Source: Actinomycetes bacterium
GTDB taxonomy: Bacteria > Actinomycetota > Actinomycetes > JAJZTN01
Direction of reading: 5' to 3'
Assembly: GCA_021848885.1 (NCBI GenBank)
Contig: JAJZTN010000003.1
Location: 1 to 45,360 of the forward strand
Length of the DNA stretch: 45,360 nucleotides
Positions within the stretch are counted from its first letter, which is position 1; every line of letters starts with the position of its first letter. Under the pieces are notes generated by a model, which did no database searches, was not told the DNA's origin, and saw nothing but the letters and a program-made list of their open reading frames with translations. The position numbers and the translations under genes were made by a program. This document shows, in pieces, positions 1-8,598 of this stretch.

Positions 1-1
1 C

Positions 2-3000
2 GTGCGCCGCCGCCGCCCCGACCTGGCCCGCGACCTGCTCGGCATCTGGCGCGCGGCGCTACCCGACCCGACCACCCTGCTGGTCGAGGTGGTCTCGCAC
101 CGCGCCCCCGGCGACGGGCCGGTCTCGGCGGCTCATGCTGCTCGCTCGCTGGTCACGGCCCGCGAGGTGGGCGTGACGGCGGTGCTGACCAACCTGGTTC
201 GCTACGCCGACCCCGACGACGCCCCGACCGCCGACGTTCTCGACGCCGCGCGCCGACTAGTCCCGCTGGACCCGCGGCACCTGGACCGGCGCAACGCGCA
301 GGGCTACCTGAAGTCCGGTAAGGAGATGGCCGAGGTGGCCGAGGAGGTCACCCGGCTGGCAGGGCCGGCCGGGGGCTCTGGCCGCGAGCTGCTCGCCGCC
401 ACCCGGCGGGCCGCCGACCGGTGCGCGCTAGACCCCGCCGCCGACCTCGGGCTGGGGCTGGGCGCGGCCGGCGCGCACTTCCCGGAGACCGAGCTCGTGC
501 TCGGTCCGCAGCGGCTGGCCGCGGCCCGCGCCGGGGCACGGAGCCCCGGAGAGGTCGCCTCGGTGGCGTTGAGGGCCAGCTGCGAGGCCGGCATCAGCAC
601 CCGTGGCCTGTCCGACACGACCGCACTGCGTGACCGGCTCGAGCACGAGCTGGGGATCATCGACATGCTGGGTTTCGCCGGCTACTTCCTCACCGTCGCC
701 GACGTCGTCGAGCTGATCCGGCAGATGGGGGTGCGGGTTGCCGCGCGTGGCTCCGGCGCGGGCAGCCTGGTGACCTACCTGCTGGGCATCTCGGGGGTCG
801 ACCCGCTGCGGCACGGCCTGGTGATGGAGCGGTTCCTGTCACCGCGACGTTCGGTGCTGCCCGACATCGACCTCGACGTCGAGTCGGCCCGACGTACCGA
901 GATCTACCAGCGGGTCATCGACCGCTACGGCGGGGAGCGGGTCAGTGCAGTGTCGATGATGGACACCTACCGGGTCCGCCACGCGGTGCGCGACGTCGGG
1001 GCTGCGCTCGGCCTGCCGCCGGGGGAGATCGACACGGTGGCCAAGGCGTTCCCGCACATCCGGGCCCGTGACGCCCGGGCCGCCCTGGACGAGCTGCCCG
1101 AGCTGCGTGCTTCCGGGATCGCCGCGTCCGGGGCCTTCGACACCCTGCTGCGGCTGGTGGAGCGACTCGACGGCTTGCCCCGGCACGTCGCGCTGCACCC
1201 GTGCGGGGTGCTGCTCTCCGATGCCAGCCTGCTCGACCGCACCCCGGTGGAGGCGAGCTGGATGGGTTTCCCGCTCAGCCAGTTCGACAAGGACGACGTC
1301 GAGGAGCTCGGCCTGCTCAAGCTGGACATCCTCGGGGTCCGGATGCAGTCGGCCATGGCACACGCCTTGGACGAGATCACCCGGGTCGACGGAGCGAGCC
1401 GGCAGGAGGTGGCTCGAGCCGGCGGGCACGTGGAGGAGGCCGACTTCCTCACCCCGCAGGGCCGGGTCGACCTCGAGGCGGTGCCGCTGGATGACCCCGC
1501 GACGTTCCGGCTCATCCAGTCCACCCGCACCCTCGGCTGCTTCCAGATCGAGTCTCCGGGGCAACGCGAGCTGATCGGCAAGTTCGCCCCGGAGACCTTC
1601 GAGGACCTCATCATCGACATCTCGCTGTTCCGCCCCGGCCCGGTCAAGAGCGACATGGTCACCCCGTTCCTGCGGGCCCGACAGGGCTGGGCCGCCCCGG
1701 AGTTCCTGCACCCGGACCTGCGCCCGCACCTGGAGCAGACCTGCGGGGTGGTGGTCTTCCACGAGCAGGTTCTGCACATCGTCGCGACGCTGACCGGCTG
1801 CGACCTTGCCGAGGCCGACGAGGTGCGCCGGGCCCTGGGCGACCCGGTGGCCAAGGAGGACGTGCGGGTGTGGTTCCCGGCCCGTGCGCTGGCCCGGGGC
1901 TACCACGCCGCCACTGTGGATCGGGCCTGGGAGGTGCTGGAGGCCTTCGCCTCGTTCGGCTTCTGCAAGGCCCATGCGGCAGCCTTCGCGCTGCCGACCT
2001 ACCAGTCGGCGTGGCTGAAGGCGCACCACCCGGCCGCGTTCCTTGCCGGGGTGCTCACCCATGACCCCGGGATGTATCCCAAGCGGCTCATCCTCGACGA
2101 CGCGCGCAACTTCGGCATCGCCGTGCTCGGGCTGGACGTCAACCGCTCCGAGGGCTGCTACCGGGTGGAGCGTCTTGCCGTCGACGACGAGCCGCCGCCG
2201 CAGGTTCTGGGGGCCCTCCCGCGGCAACGGCCCGAGTGGCTGCCGGATGGGTTGCCCGACGCGCGCGGCTACGGGATCCGGCTGTCCCTGGCCGAGGTCA
2301 AGGGGATCTCCCAGGCTGAGGTCGCCCGGGTGGTCGCCGGCCGCCCGTACGCGACGCTGACCGACTTCTGGCACCGCGCCCGGGTGTCCCGCCCGGTCGT
2401 CGAGCGACTGGTGCTGGCTGGGGCCTTTGACTCGCTCTACGGGATCGGCGGGGCCAGCGCCCGGCTGGGCCTGCGTCGTACTGGGCGGATCACCCGCCGC
2501 GACCTGCTGCTGCAGGTCGGCGAGATCGACCGGTGGGACCGGGCCGGGAGCCGGGGTGCCCGCGTGGGCCGGGGTGCTCGCGTGGGCCGGGCCGGGAGTC
2601 CCCAGCCGGGTGAGCCGGCCGTGCAGCTGGCCCTGGACTTCGGGGCCGCCGACATCTCGCCGGGTTCTTTCGCGCCCAGCGGGCTGCCGGAGATGACCGG
2701 CAGTGAGCGGGTCCGGGCCGAGCTGGAGGTGCTCGGCCTGGACGTCAGCCGGCACGTGCTCGACTTCTACGCCGACCTGCTCGACGCACTGCGCGTGGTG
2801 CGCTCCAAGGACATGCTCGCTCAGCGCAGCCGGGCCGAGATGCTCGTCGCTGGGGTGAAGGTTGCCACCCAGACCCCGCCGATCCGCTCGGGGCGTCGGG
2901 TCGTCTTCATCACCCTTGATGACACCACCGGTCCGGTGGATGCGACGTTCTTCTCCGACGCCCAGGGGCCTTACGCCGCCACGCTGTTCCACTCCTGGCT

Positions 3001-3472
3001 ACTGCTGGTCCGCGGCGAGCTGCGCCGGACCGGCCCACGCGGGGTCTCGCTGCGTGGCACCGGTGCCTGGGACCTGACCGTGCTGCACGCCGCCTGGCAG
3101 GCCGGCGGGCTCGGCCCGGTCCTCGACCTGCTCGGCGAGGCGGCGGGGGCGGGCTACACCGAGCAGGCAGTGGCCGCCGCCGCCGGCAGCCGCTCCACCC
3201 GGCCGGTGGTCCAGCCTCCGCCGGAGGCCGGGGCCGATGCTCGGCGCCGGGTGCTGGTGCACCCCAGCGGGTTCCGACAGTCCCCCTACGCCGACGTGCG
3301 CCCGCCGGGGGAGGACGTGCGGGACAGCCGGGGGGCGGCGGCGCGGGCGGAGCGCGCGGCAAGCACCCAGGTCGAAAGGGCGGCGACCCCCCAGGTCGAG
3401 CGCGCGGCAAACCCCCGGGCGGAGGCCCCGCGCAAGCTCTGGCACGCCAGCCCGGGCAGCCCCGGGCGATGA
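2..3472 (+). CDS. dnaE2: DnaE2-like family C DNA polymerase alpha subunit, probably error-prone; 5' end lies outside the window
   Basis: RGSGAGS, catalytic PDIDLD, HPCG, LLKLDILG, FCKAHA, OB-fold end; PHP motif reads TNLVRY versus SNDLHY in the replicative copy; ends KLWHASPGSPGR. Confidence 0.85.
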   Translation: MRRRRPDLARDLLGIWRAALPDPTTLLVEVVSHRAPGDGPVSAAHAARSLVTAREVGVTAVLTNLVRYADPDDAPTADVLDAARRLVPLDPRHLDRRNAQGYLKSGKEMAEVAEEVTRLAGPAGGSGRELLAATRRAADRCALDPAADLGLGLGAAGAHFPETELVLGPQRLAAARAGARSPGEVASVALRASCEAGISTRGLSDTTALRDRLEHELGIIDMLGFAGYFLTVADVVELIRQMGVRVAARGSGAGSLVTYLLGISGVDPLRHGLVMERFLSPRRSVLPDIDLDVESARRTEIYQRVIDRYGGERVSAVSMMDTYRVRHAVRDVGAALGLPPGEIDTVAKAFPHIRARDARAALDELPELRASGIAASGAFDTLLRLVERLDGLPRHVALHPCGVLLSDASLLDRTPVEASWMGFPLSQFDKDDVEELGLLKLDILGVRMQSAMAHALDEITRVDGASRQEVARAGGHVEEADFLTPQGRVDLEAVPLDDPATFRLIQSTRTLGCFQIESPGQRELIGKFAPETFEDLIIDISLFRPGPVKSDMVTPFLRARQGWAAPEFLHPDLRPHLEQTCGVVVFHEQVLHIVATLTGCDLAEADEVRRALGDPVAKEDVRVWFPARALARGYHAATVDRAWEVLEAFASFGFCKAHAAAFALPTYQSAWLKAHHPAAFLAGVLTHDPGMYPKRLILDDARNFGIAVLGLDVNRSEGCYRVERLAVDDEPPPQVLGALPRQRPEWLPDGLPDARGYGIRLSLAEVKGISQAEVARVVAGRPYATLTDFWHRARVSRPVVERLVLAGAFDSLYGIGGASARLGLRRTGRITRRDLLLQVGEIDRWDRAGSRGARVGRGARVGRAGSPQPGEPAVQLALDFGAADISPGSFAPSGLPEMTGSERVRAELEVLGLDVSRHVLDFYADLLDALRVVRSKDMLAQRSRAEMLVAGVKVATQTPPIRSGRRVVFITLDDTTGPVDATFFSDAQGPYAATLFHSWLLLVRGELRRTGPRGVSLRGTGAWDLTVLHAAWQAGGLGPVLDLLGEAAGAGYTEQAVAAAAGSRSTRPVVQPPPEAGADARRRVLVHPSGFRQSPYADVRPPGEDVRDSRGAAARAERAASTQVERAATPQVERAANPRAEAPRKLWHASPGSPGR

Positions 3473-3546
3473 GCCGCGGACTGCTGAGCGAGGCCAGCGT
3501 GGTCACTAGGGTGGAGCCGCAGACCTGCCCGTCGAGGGGAGTCCCG

Positions 3547-4290
3547 GTGGTCGATGACACCCAGGTGCGCGTCCCCACCCGGGCCGCGGTGGCCTGGCAG
3601 ACCCTGCTGACGGCGATCGCCGCGCAGCCCGGCCCCCATGACCGCCCGCTGGACATCCTCGATCTCGGCGGCGGCACCGGTGGCCTGGCCGTCCCGCTGG
3701 CCCAGGCCGGTCACGCCGTCACCGTGGTCGACCCCAGCCCGGATGCGCTGGCCGCCCTCGAGCACCGCGCGGCCGGCAGCGGCAGCGTGCGGGCGGTGCA
3801 GGGGGATGCCGCCGACCTGCCCCGGGTGGTGCCATCCGGCGGCTTCGACGTGGTGGTCTGTCACGGGGTGCTCGAGCATGTCGACGACGTGGCCTCCGCC
3901 CTGGTTGCGATCGCCGGGGCGCTGCGTCCCGGCGGGCTGCTTTCGGTGGTCACGGCAAACCGCCACGCCGCGGTGCTCTCCCGTGCCTTGGCCGGGCACT
4001 TCGCCGACGCCCACCGTGCGCTGGATGACCCGGACGGGCGGTGGGGGCCGAGTGACCCGCTGCCGCGACGCTTCGATGTCGCCGGACTCACCGCGCTGCT
4101 GGGCGCTGCTGGCCTGAGCGTCACCACGGTGCGCGCCGCGCGGGTGCTGGCCGACCTGGTGCCGGGAAGCCTGGTCGACCCCGAGCCGGCCGCGGCTCGA
4201 GCGCTGCAGGCGCTGGAAGCCCAGCTGTGCGCGCACCCTGCCTTCCTGGCGACCGCTGCCGCGCTGCACGTTCTGGCCACCCGGGGGTGA
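3547..4290 (+). CDS. Class I SAM-dependent methyltransferase
   Basis: ILDLGGGTG motif I, VVDPS, FDVVVCHGVLEHV, LRPGGLLS; GTG 3547 follows GAGGGGA (ORF open from 3469). Confidence 0.85.
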   Translation: MVDDTQVRVPTRAAVAWQTLLTAIAAQPGPHDRPLDILDLGGGTGGLAVPLAQAGHAVTVVDPSPDALAALEHRAAGSGSVRAVQGDAADLPRVVPSGGFDVVVCHGVLEHVDDVASALVAIAGALRPGGLLSVVTANRHAAVLSRALAGHFADAHRALDDPDGRWGPSDPLPRRFDVAGLTALLGAAGLSVTTVRAARVLADLVPGSLVDPEPAAARALQALEAQLCAHPAFLATAAALHVLATRG

Positions 4291-4348
4291 CCCGACTGGT
4301 CCCGCGGGCGGACCTGACAGCCCAGCGCGAGGCGGGAGGTGAGCGACG

Positions 4349-5701
4349 GTGAGTCGTAGCCAGCTCCGGCGCGGGTCCAGCCCGCCACCAGGGGCGGGCG
4401 ACGACACCGGCTGCACCGTGCTACACGTCGACATGGACGCCTTCTTCGCCTCGGTCGAGCTGCGCTCCCGCCCGCAGCTGCGGGGCCAGCCGGTCATCGT
4501 GGGGGCCTCCGGTGGCCGCGGGGTCGTGCTGTCCGCGACGTACGAGGCCCGCCGGCTCGGCGTGCACTCGGCGATGCCGATGAGCCGTGCCCGCCGGCTG
4601 GCCCCGCAGGCGGTGATCATCCCGCCCTCACACCGGCGATACGCCGAGGTGTCCGAGGGTGTGATGGAGATCTTCCGCTCGATCACCCCGCTGGTCGAGC
4701 CGTTGTCGCTGGACGAGGCCTTCCTCGACGTCTCCGGGGCGCTGCGTCGGCTCGGGACGCCGGCGCAGATCGGGGCGATGATCCGGGACCGGGTGGTCGA
4801 CGAGCAGGGCATCACCTGCTCGGTGGGTGTTGCCACGACGAAGTTCGTGGCGAAGCTGGCCACAACCCAGGCCAAGCCGGACGGCCTGCTCGTCGTGCCG
4901 GCCAACGCCGTGATCGAGTTCTTGCACCCCCTGCCGGTGGGGGCGCTGTGGGGGGTGGGGGAGCGGACCGAGCAGGTGCTGACCCGGCTCGGGCTGCGCA
5001 CCGTCGGCGACCTGGCGGACACGCCGCTGTCCACCCTGCAGCGGGCGCTCGGGCCGGCCGTCGGTGCCCAGCTGCATGCGTTGGCGTGGGGCCGCGACGA
5101 TCGCCGGGTGGTGGTCGAGGAGCCGGACCGCTCGGTCGGGGCGGAGCACACCTTCGATCGTGACGTCGATGACCCGCTGGTGGTGCGTCGCGAGCTGCTG
5201 CGGCTGGCCGAGCGGGTCGGGGAGCGGATGCGCCGGGCCGGGCTCCAGGGGCGCACGGTGTCGATCAAGGTGCGGTTCGCCGACTTCACGACGATCACAC
5301 GGGCCCGCACGCTGCCCGGGCACACCGACGTGGGCAACGAGATCTATGCCGCGGCCCGCGCGCTGTACGACGCCCTCGGGCTGGACCGAGCCCGGCTGCG
5401 CCTGGTCGGCGTGCGGGTCGAGCAGCTCGTGCCGGTCGGGTCGGCGCCACGCCAGCTGGCCCTCGGTGAGCGCGAGCGTGGTTGGCGTGAGGCCGAGCGG
5501 GCCGCCGACCGCGCGGCGGCACGCTTCGGCTCCGGCGTGGTGCGCCCGGCCAGCCTCGTGCCCGACCCGGACGCGGCGCGGGCGGATGGGGCGAGGGTGG
5601 ACGCGGCGCGGGCGGGAGGGGCGCGGGCGGGCGGGGTGCGGGCGGACGGGGTGCGGGCATCTGGTCGGGGCGAGCCGTCGGCTCCAACCCGACGGGGATG
5701 A
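4349..5701 (+). CDS. dinB: DNA polymerase IV (Y family)
   Basis: LHVDMDAFFASVE, ATYEAR, SLDEAFLD, KFVAKLA, KPDG; QLALG clamp-type motif; GGAGG upstream. Confidence 0.95.
   Translation: MSRSQLRRGSSPPPGAGDDTGCTVLHVDMDAFFASVELRSRPQLRGQPVIVGASGGRGVVLSATYEARRLGVHSAMPMSRARRLAPQAVIIPPSHRRYAEVSEGVMEIFRSITPLVEPLSLDEAFLDVSGALRRLGTPAQIGAMIRDRVVDEQGITCSVGVATTKFVAKLATTQAKPDGLLVVPANAVIEFLHPLPVGALWGVGERTEQVLTRLGLRTVGDLADTPLSTLQRALGPAVGAQLHALAWGRDDRRVVVEEPDRSVGAEHTFDRDVDDPLVVRRELLRLAERVGERMRRAGLQGRTVSIKVRFADFTTITRARTLPGHTDVGNEIYAAARALYDALGLDRARLRLVGVRVEQLVPVGSAPRQLALGERERGWREAERAADRAAARFGSGVVRPASLVPDPDAARADGARVDAARAGGARAGGVRADGVRASGRGEPSAPTRRG
5569..5658 (+). repeat. Degenerate 15-bp tandem repeat x6 in the dinB 3' end
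   Basis: Units GGACGCGGCGCGGGC, GGATGGGGCGAGGGT, GGACGCGGCGCGGGC, GGGAGGGGCGCGGGC, GGGCGGGGTGCGGGC, GGACGGGGTGCGGGC. Confidence 0.8.
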
Positions 5702-5799
5702 GCCTTCGCAGCGAGCAACAGCGGTTTCGCCGGGCTCGGCACGTGCTTATCCTTGTGGTGCCGGCATCGGCCCCCCTGGGGATGTGCAAGGAGGCAGAC

Positions 5800-6222
5800 G
5801 TGCCCCTCTCCGAGCACGAGCAGCGACTGCTCGAGCAGATGGAGCGGGCCCTCTACGCCGAGGACCCGAAGTTTGTCTCCACGCTGCGCGGCGCCTCGCT
5901 GCGGGTGCGTTACCGACGTCGCGCCCTGCTGTCAGCCGTGGGCTTCGTGCTTGGAGTCGTCGGCCTGATGACCGGGCTGGTGACGAAACTCATCGCGGTC
6001 AGTGTCTTCGGTTTCGTGCTCATGCTGGTCAGCACGATCGTGGCGATCTCCGCCTGGCGGCGGTTGAGCTCGAAGTCCGCCGACCTCACCTCGGTCACCG
6101 AGACTGGGCCCGGTGTGCGTGTCATGCGCCGGGGTGGTGGGCGAGGCCCGCGGACGTCGTTGATGCAGCGGCTCGAGCAGCGCTGGGACCGTCGACGCGA
6201 CGAGCGCGGCTCCGGGTTCTGA
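5800..6222 (+). CDS. DUF3040 family membrane protein
   Basis: MPLSEHEQRLLEQMERALYAEDPKF N-terminus, two hydrophobic helices, RLEQRWDRR end; AAGGAGG RBS. Confidence 0.9.
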   Translation: MPLSEHEQRLLEQMERALYAEDPKFVSTLRGASLRVRYRRRALLSAVGFVLGVVGLMTGLVTKLIAVSVFGFVLMLVSTIVAISAWRRLSSKSADLTSVTETGPGVRVMRRGGGRGPRTSLMQRLEQRWDRRRDERGSGF

Positions 6223-6253
6223 CGGGTCCTGACGGGTCCTGACGGGTCCTGAC
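6213..6253 (+). repeat. 10-bp tandem repeat x4 over the DUF3040 stop codon
   Basis: CGGGTTCTGA then CGGGTCCTGA x3. Confidence 0.95.
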
Positions 6254-6261
6254 CCGGCCCG

Positions 6262-8598
6262 CTATCCCCTGCGCAACCATCCCCTGCGCAACCGGTACAG
6301 GCTGGCCGGCCACAGCAGCGCGCGCAGCCGGGTCCGGGCCGAGCGCCGCTGGGCCAGCGCCGTACGCACTGTCGTGACGTCCTCACGAAGTCCGGTCACC
6401 GGCCCCACCACCGGGGCATAGCGGGCCCGCTCGACAACCATGCTCAGCCGCCCCAGCGCCTCCCGGGCCGGCTCGTCCAGCCCGCCCTGGCGCCCGATCT
6501 CCTCGGCGCTCTGCCGCGGGGTCCGGCTGGGCGGCCAGGGGTAGCCCAGGTCCAGCGCGCTGTCCCGCAGCTCGACCCAGGCCTGCCCGGCGCGCTCGGC
6601 TGGGCTCGACCCGCTCGAGCCCAGCCTCCGACGGCGCAGCAGCGAGCGGAGCACGCCGGGGCTGCCGACCAGCCCGGCACCGAGGGACACCAGGACCAGC
6701 AACGGCCACGGCAGTCCGGCACCGGTGCGCCCGGGCAGCCCCCGCGGGTCGCGCAGGTCGTTGAGCTTCGGTGCCAGCGCCCCAGCCGAGGCCGACGGGC
6801 CGCTCGTCGGGCCCGTTGGTGCGGTCACGGCCGGCGTGGTCCCGGGCAGCACCTGCGCGCCCCCCGCACCGCCCTGGGTGTAGCCGGGGGCTGCCCCGGT
6901 GCGCACCGCCGGGGTCGGCTCGAAGGGCACCCAGCCGATGCCGCTGAAGTACAGCTCGGGCCAGGCGTGCGCGTCGTGGGTGCGAACGACATAGCTGCCC
7001 GGTGCCACCTGCTGGCCGGGCAGGAAGCCCACGTCGACACGGGCCGGGATGCCCAATGAGCGCGCCATGACGGCCATGGTGGAGGCGAACTGCACGCAGA
7101 AGCCGCGCCGTGACACCAGGAACGCCTCGATGGCCGAGGTGCCGCTGCCGTCGGGGGCATGGGTGTCATAGGTGAAACGGGCCGGGTCACGCAGCCAGGC
7201 CTGCAGCGCCACCGCCTTGTCGTAGTCGGTCACCGCCGCGGCGGTGACCTGCTGGGCCAGCAGCCGCACCGAGTCCGGGAACCCGGCGGGCAGCCGCAGG
7301 TCGCGGGTCAACGGCAGGCCGGTGCTGGCCCCCGGCCCCGGCCCGGGTGCCTTCGCGCCGGCCAGAGCAGCCGGGGTCAGCGCCAGCTGCAGGCTCGTCA
7401 CGTCGTAGACCAGGTTGGCCGTGGTGCGCTGGGTGGAGAAGACGTTGAACGTCGGGGTGTCATAGAGCCACAGCCCGCTCGCCTGCACCGCCACGGCTGG
7501 GTAGGGCAGCGGCAGCCATCGCTCGGCCAGCGCCCCGACCTGGATCCTGGTGTGCACCGGGGTCCCGCCGACCTGCGAACCGAGGCCCGGTGGGCGGGGC
7601 AGCCCGTTGGACAGGTTCTGCGCGTTGGGCACCTGCAACCGCATCGGGGACCACACGTTGCCGTCGAACTCATCCAGCGTCACGGTGCGCAGGTAGGCCG
7701 GCGTGGCGGCGTCGGTGGTGTAGCTGAGCAGCGTGGCGTCTTGGGGCTGGTTGAGGTCGGCCCTGATGTCCAGGATGGGGTTGACCACCGCGACCGTGCT
7801 GCTGCCCGGCCCGTGCCCGAACCGGCCCTCAAGCACCACCGGGAGCAGTCCACGGTCCAGCCCTGGCAGCCACGCGGGCGCCACCACCGCGAGCACCAGC
7901 GCGGCCAGCCCCACCTTGCGGGCAGAGGCCAGCAGGCCATCGGCGCGCACCGGGGGCGCATCGGCCCGGGGCGTAGCACTCGCCGCCGGGCCCCAGTGCT
8001 GGGTTGCCGAGAGCTGGGCGACGGCGAGCATCCCCAGGTAGCCGAGCGCTGCGGCCACGAACGGGACAGCGCCGCCGCCGTGGGGGGAGATCGCGCCCGG
8101 TACGGCGTTGAGAGCCAGCAGGGGCAGCCCGGCTGCGGCGGGCGTGGCGTAGCCGACCGCCAGGGTCTGCACGGCGATCGCCACGGCGGCCACGCCCAGC
8201 GCGGTGATCGCCAGGATCCCCGGGGCCGGGTACGCCGGTGAGGCCGAGGTCTGGATGTCTGCTGCACCCGAGTGCAGCAGAGCGACGAAGCCACGCAGCG
8301 CACCAGGCCCGGGCAGCACCAGCAGGGTGGCGGCGGCGGGGGTGAACATCGCGGTCAGCACCGGGATGAGCAGCACCAGGCCGGCCAGCGGGTGCAGTGC
8401 GGCGGGCAGCCGCAGCCAGCGGGCCGCTGCGCCGCCGAGCGCAGCCACAAGCGTCACCACGACGATAGGGCTCACCCAGGCCGCCCCGCTGAGCACTGCC
8501 GTCAGGCTGGTGCTGGTCAGCAGGGTGGCCACCGCCGCCGCGACGCTGGCCCGCCAGGCCTCCGACGTGGGGGTGGTCCTCTCGTGGATGCGGCTCAT
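6262..8598 (-). CDS. Membrane-anchored transglutaminase-like protein (DUF3488/TgpA type)
   Basis: Multi-TM N-terminus; GFCVQFAS, DAHAWPE, GWVPFEPTP catalytic motifs; C-terminal TM and SRTPRQ...ERARY domain; ATG overlaps the DUF58 stop. Confidence 0.9.
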   Translation of the reverse strand: MSRIHERTTPTSEAWRASVAAAVATLLTSTSLTAVLSGAAWVSPIVVVTLVAALGGAAARWLRLPAALHPLAGLVLLIPVLTAMFTPAAATLLVLPGPGALRGFVALLHSGAADIQTSASPAYPAPGILAITALGVAAVAIAVQTLAVGYATPAAAGLPLLALNAVPGAISPHGGGAVPFVAAALGYLGMLAVAQLSATQHWGPAASATPRADAPPVRADGLLASARKVGLAALVLAVVAPAWLPGLDRGLLPVVLEGRFGHGPGSSTVAVVNPILDIRADLNQPQDATLLSYTTDAATPAYLRTVTLDEFDGNVWSPMRLQVPNAQNLSNGLPRPPGLGSQVGGTPVHTRIQVGALAERWLPLPYPAVAVQASGLWLYDTPTFNVFSTQRTTANLVYDVTSLQLALTPAALAGAKAPGPGPGASTGLPLTRDLRLPAGFPDSVRLLAQQVTAAAVTDYDKAVALQAWLRDPARFTYDTHAPDGSGTSAIEAFLVSRRGFCVQFASTMAVMARSLGIPARVDVGFLPGQQVAPGSYVVRTHDAHAWPELYFSGIGWVPFEPTPAVRTGAAPGYTQGGAGGAQVLPGTTPAVTAPTGPTSGPSASAGALAPKLNDLRDPRGLPGRTGAGLPWPLLVLVSLGAGLVGSPGVLRSLLRRRRLGSSGSSPAERAGQAWVELRDSALDLGYPWPPSRTPRQSAEEIGRQGGLDEPAREALGRLSMVVERARYAPVVGPVTGLREDVTTVRTALAQRRSARTRLRALLWPASLYRLRRGWLRRG

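Noticed and set aside
4291-4348. SOS box upstream of dinB
   Set aside because: No TCGAAC-N4-GTTCGA-like sequence is present
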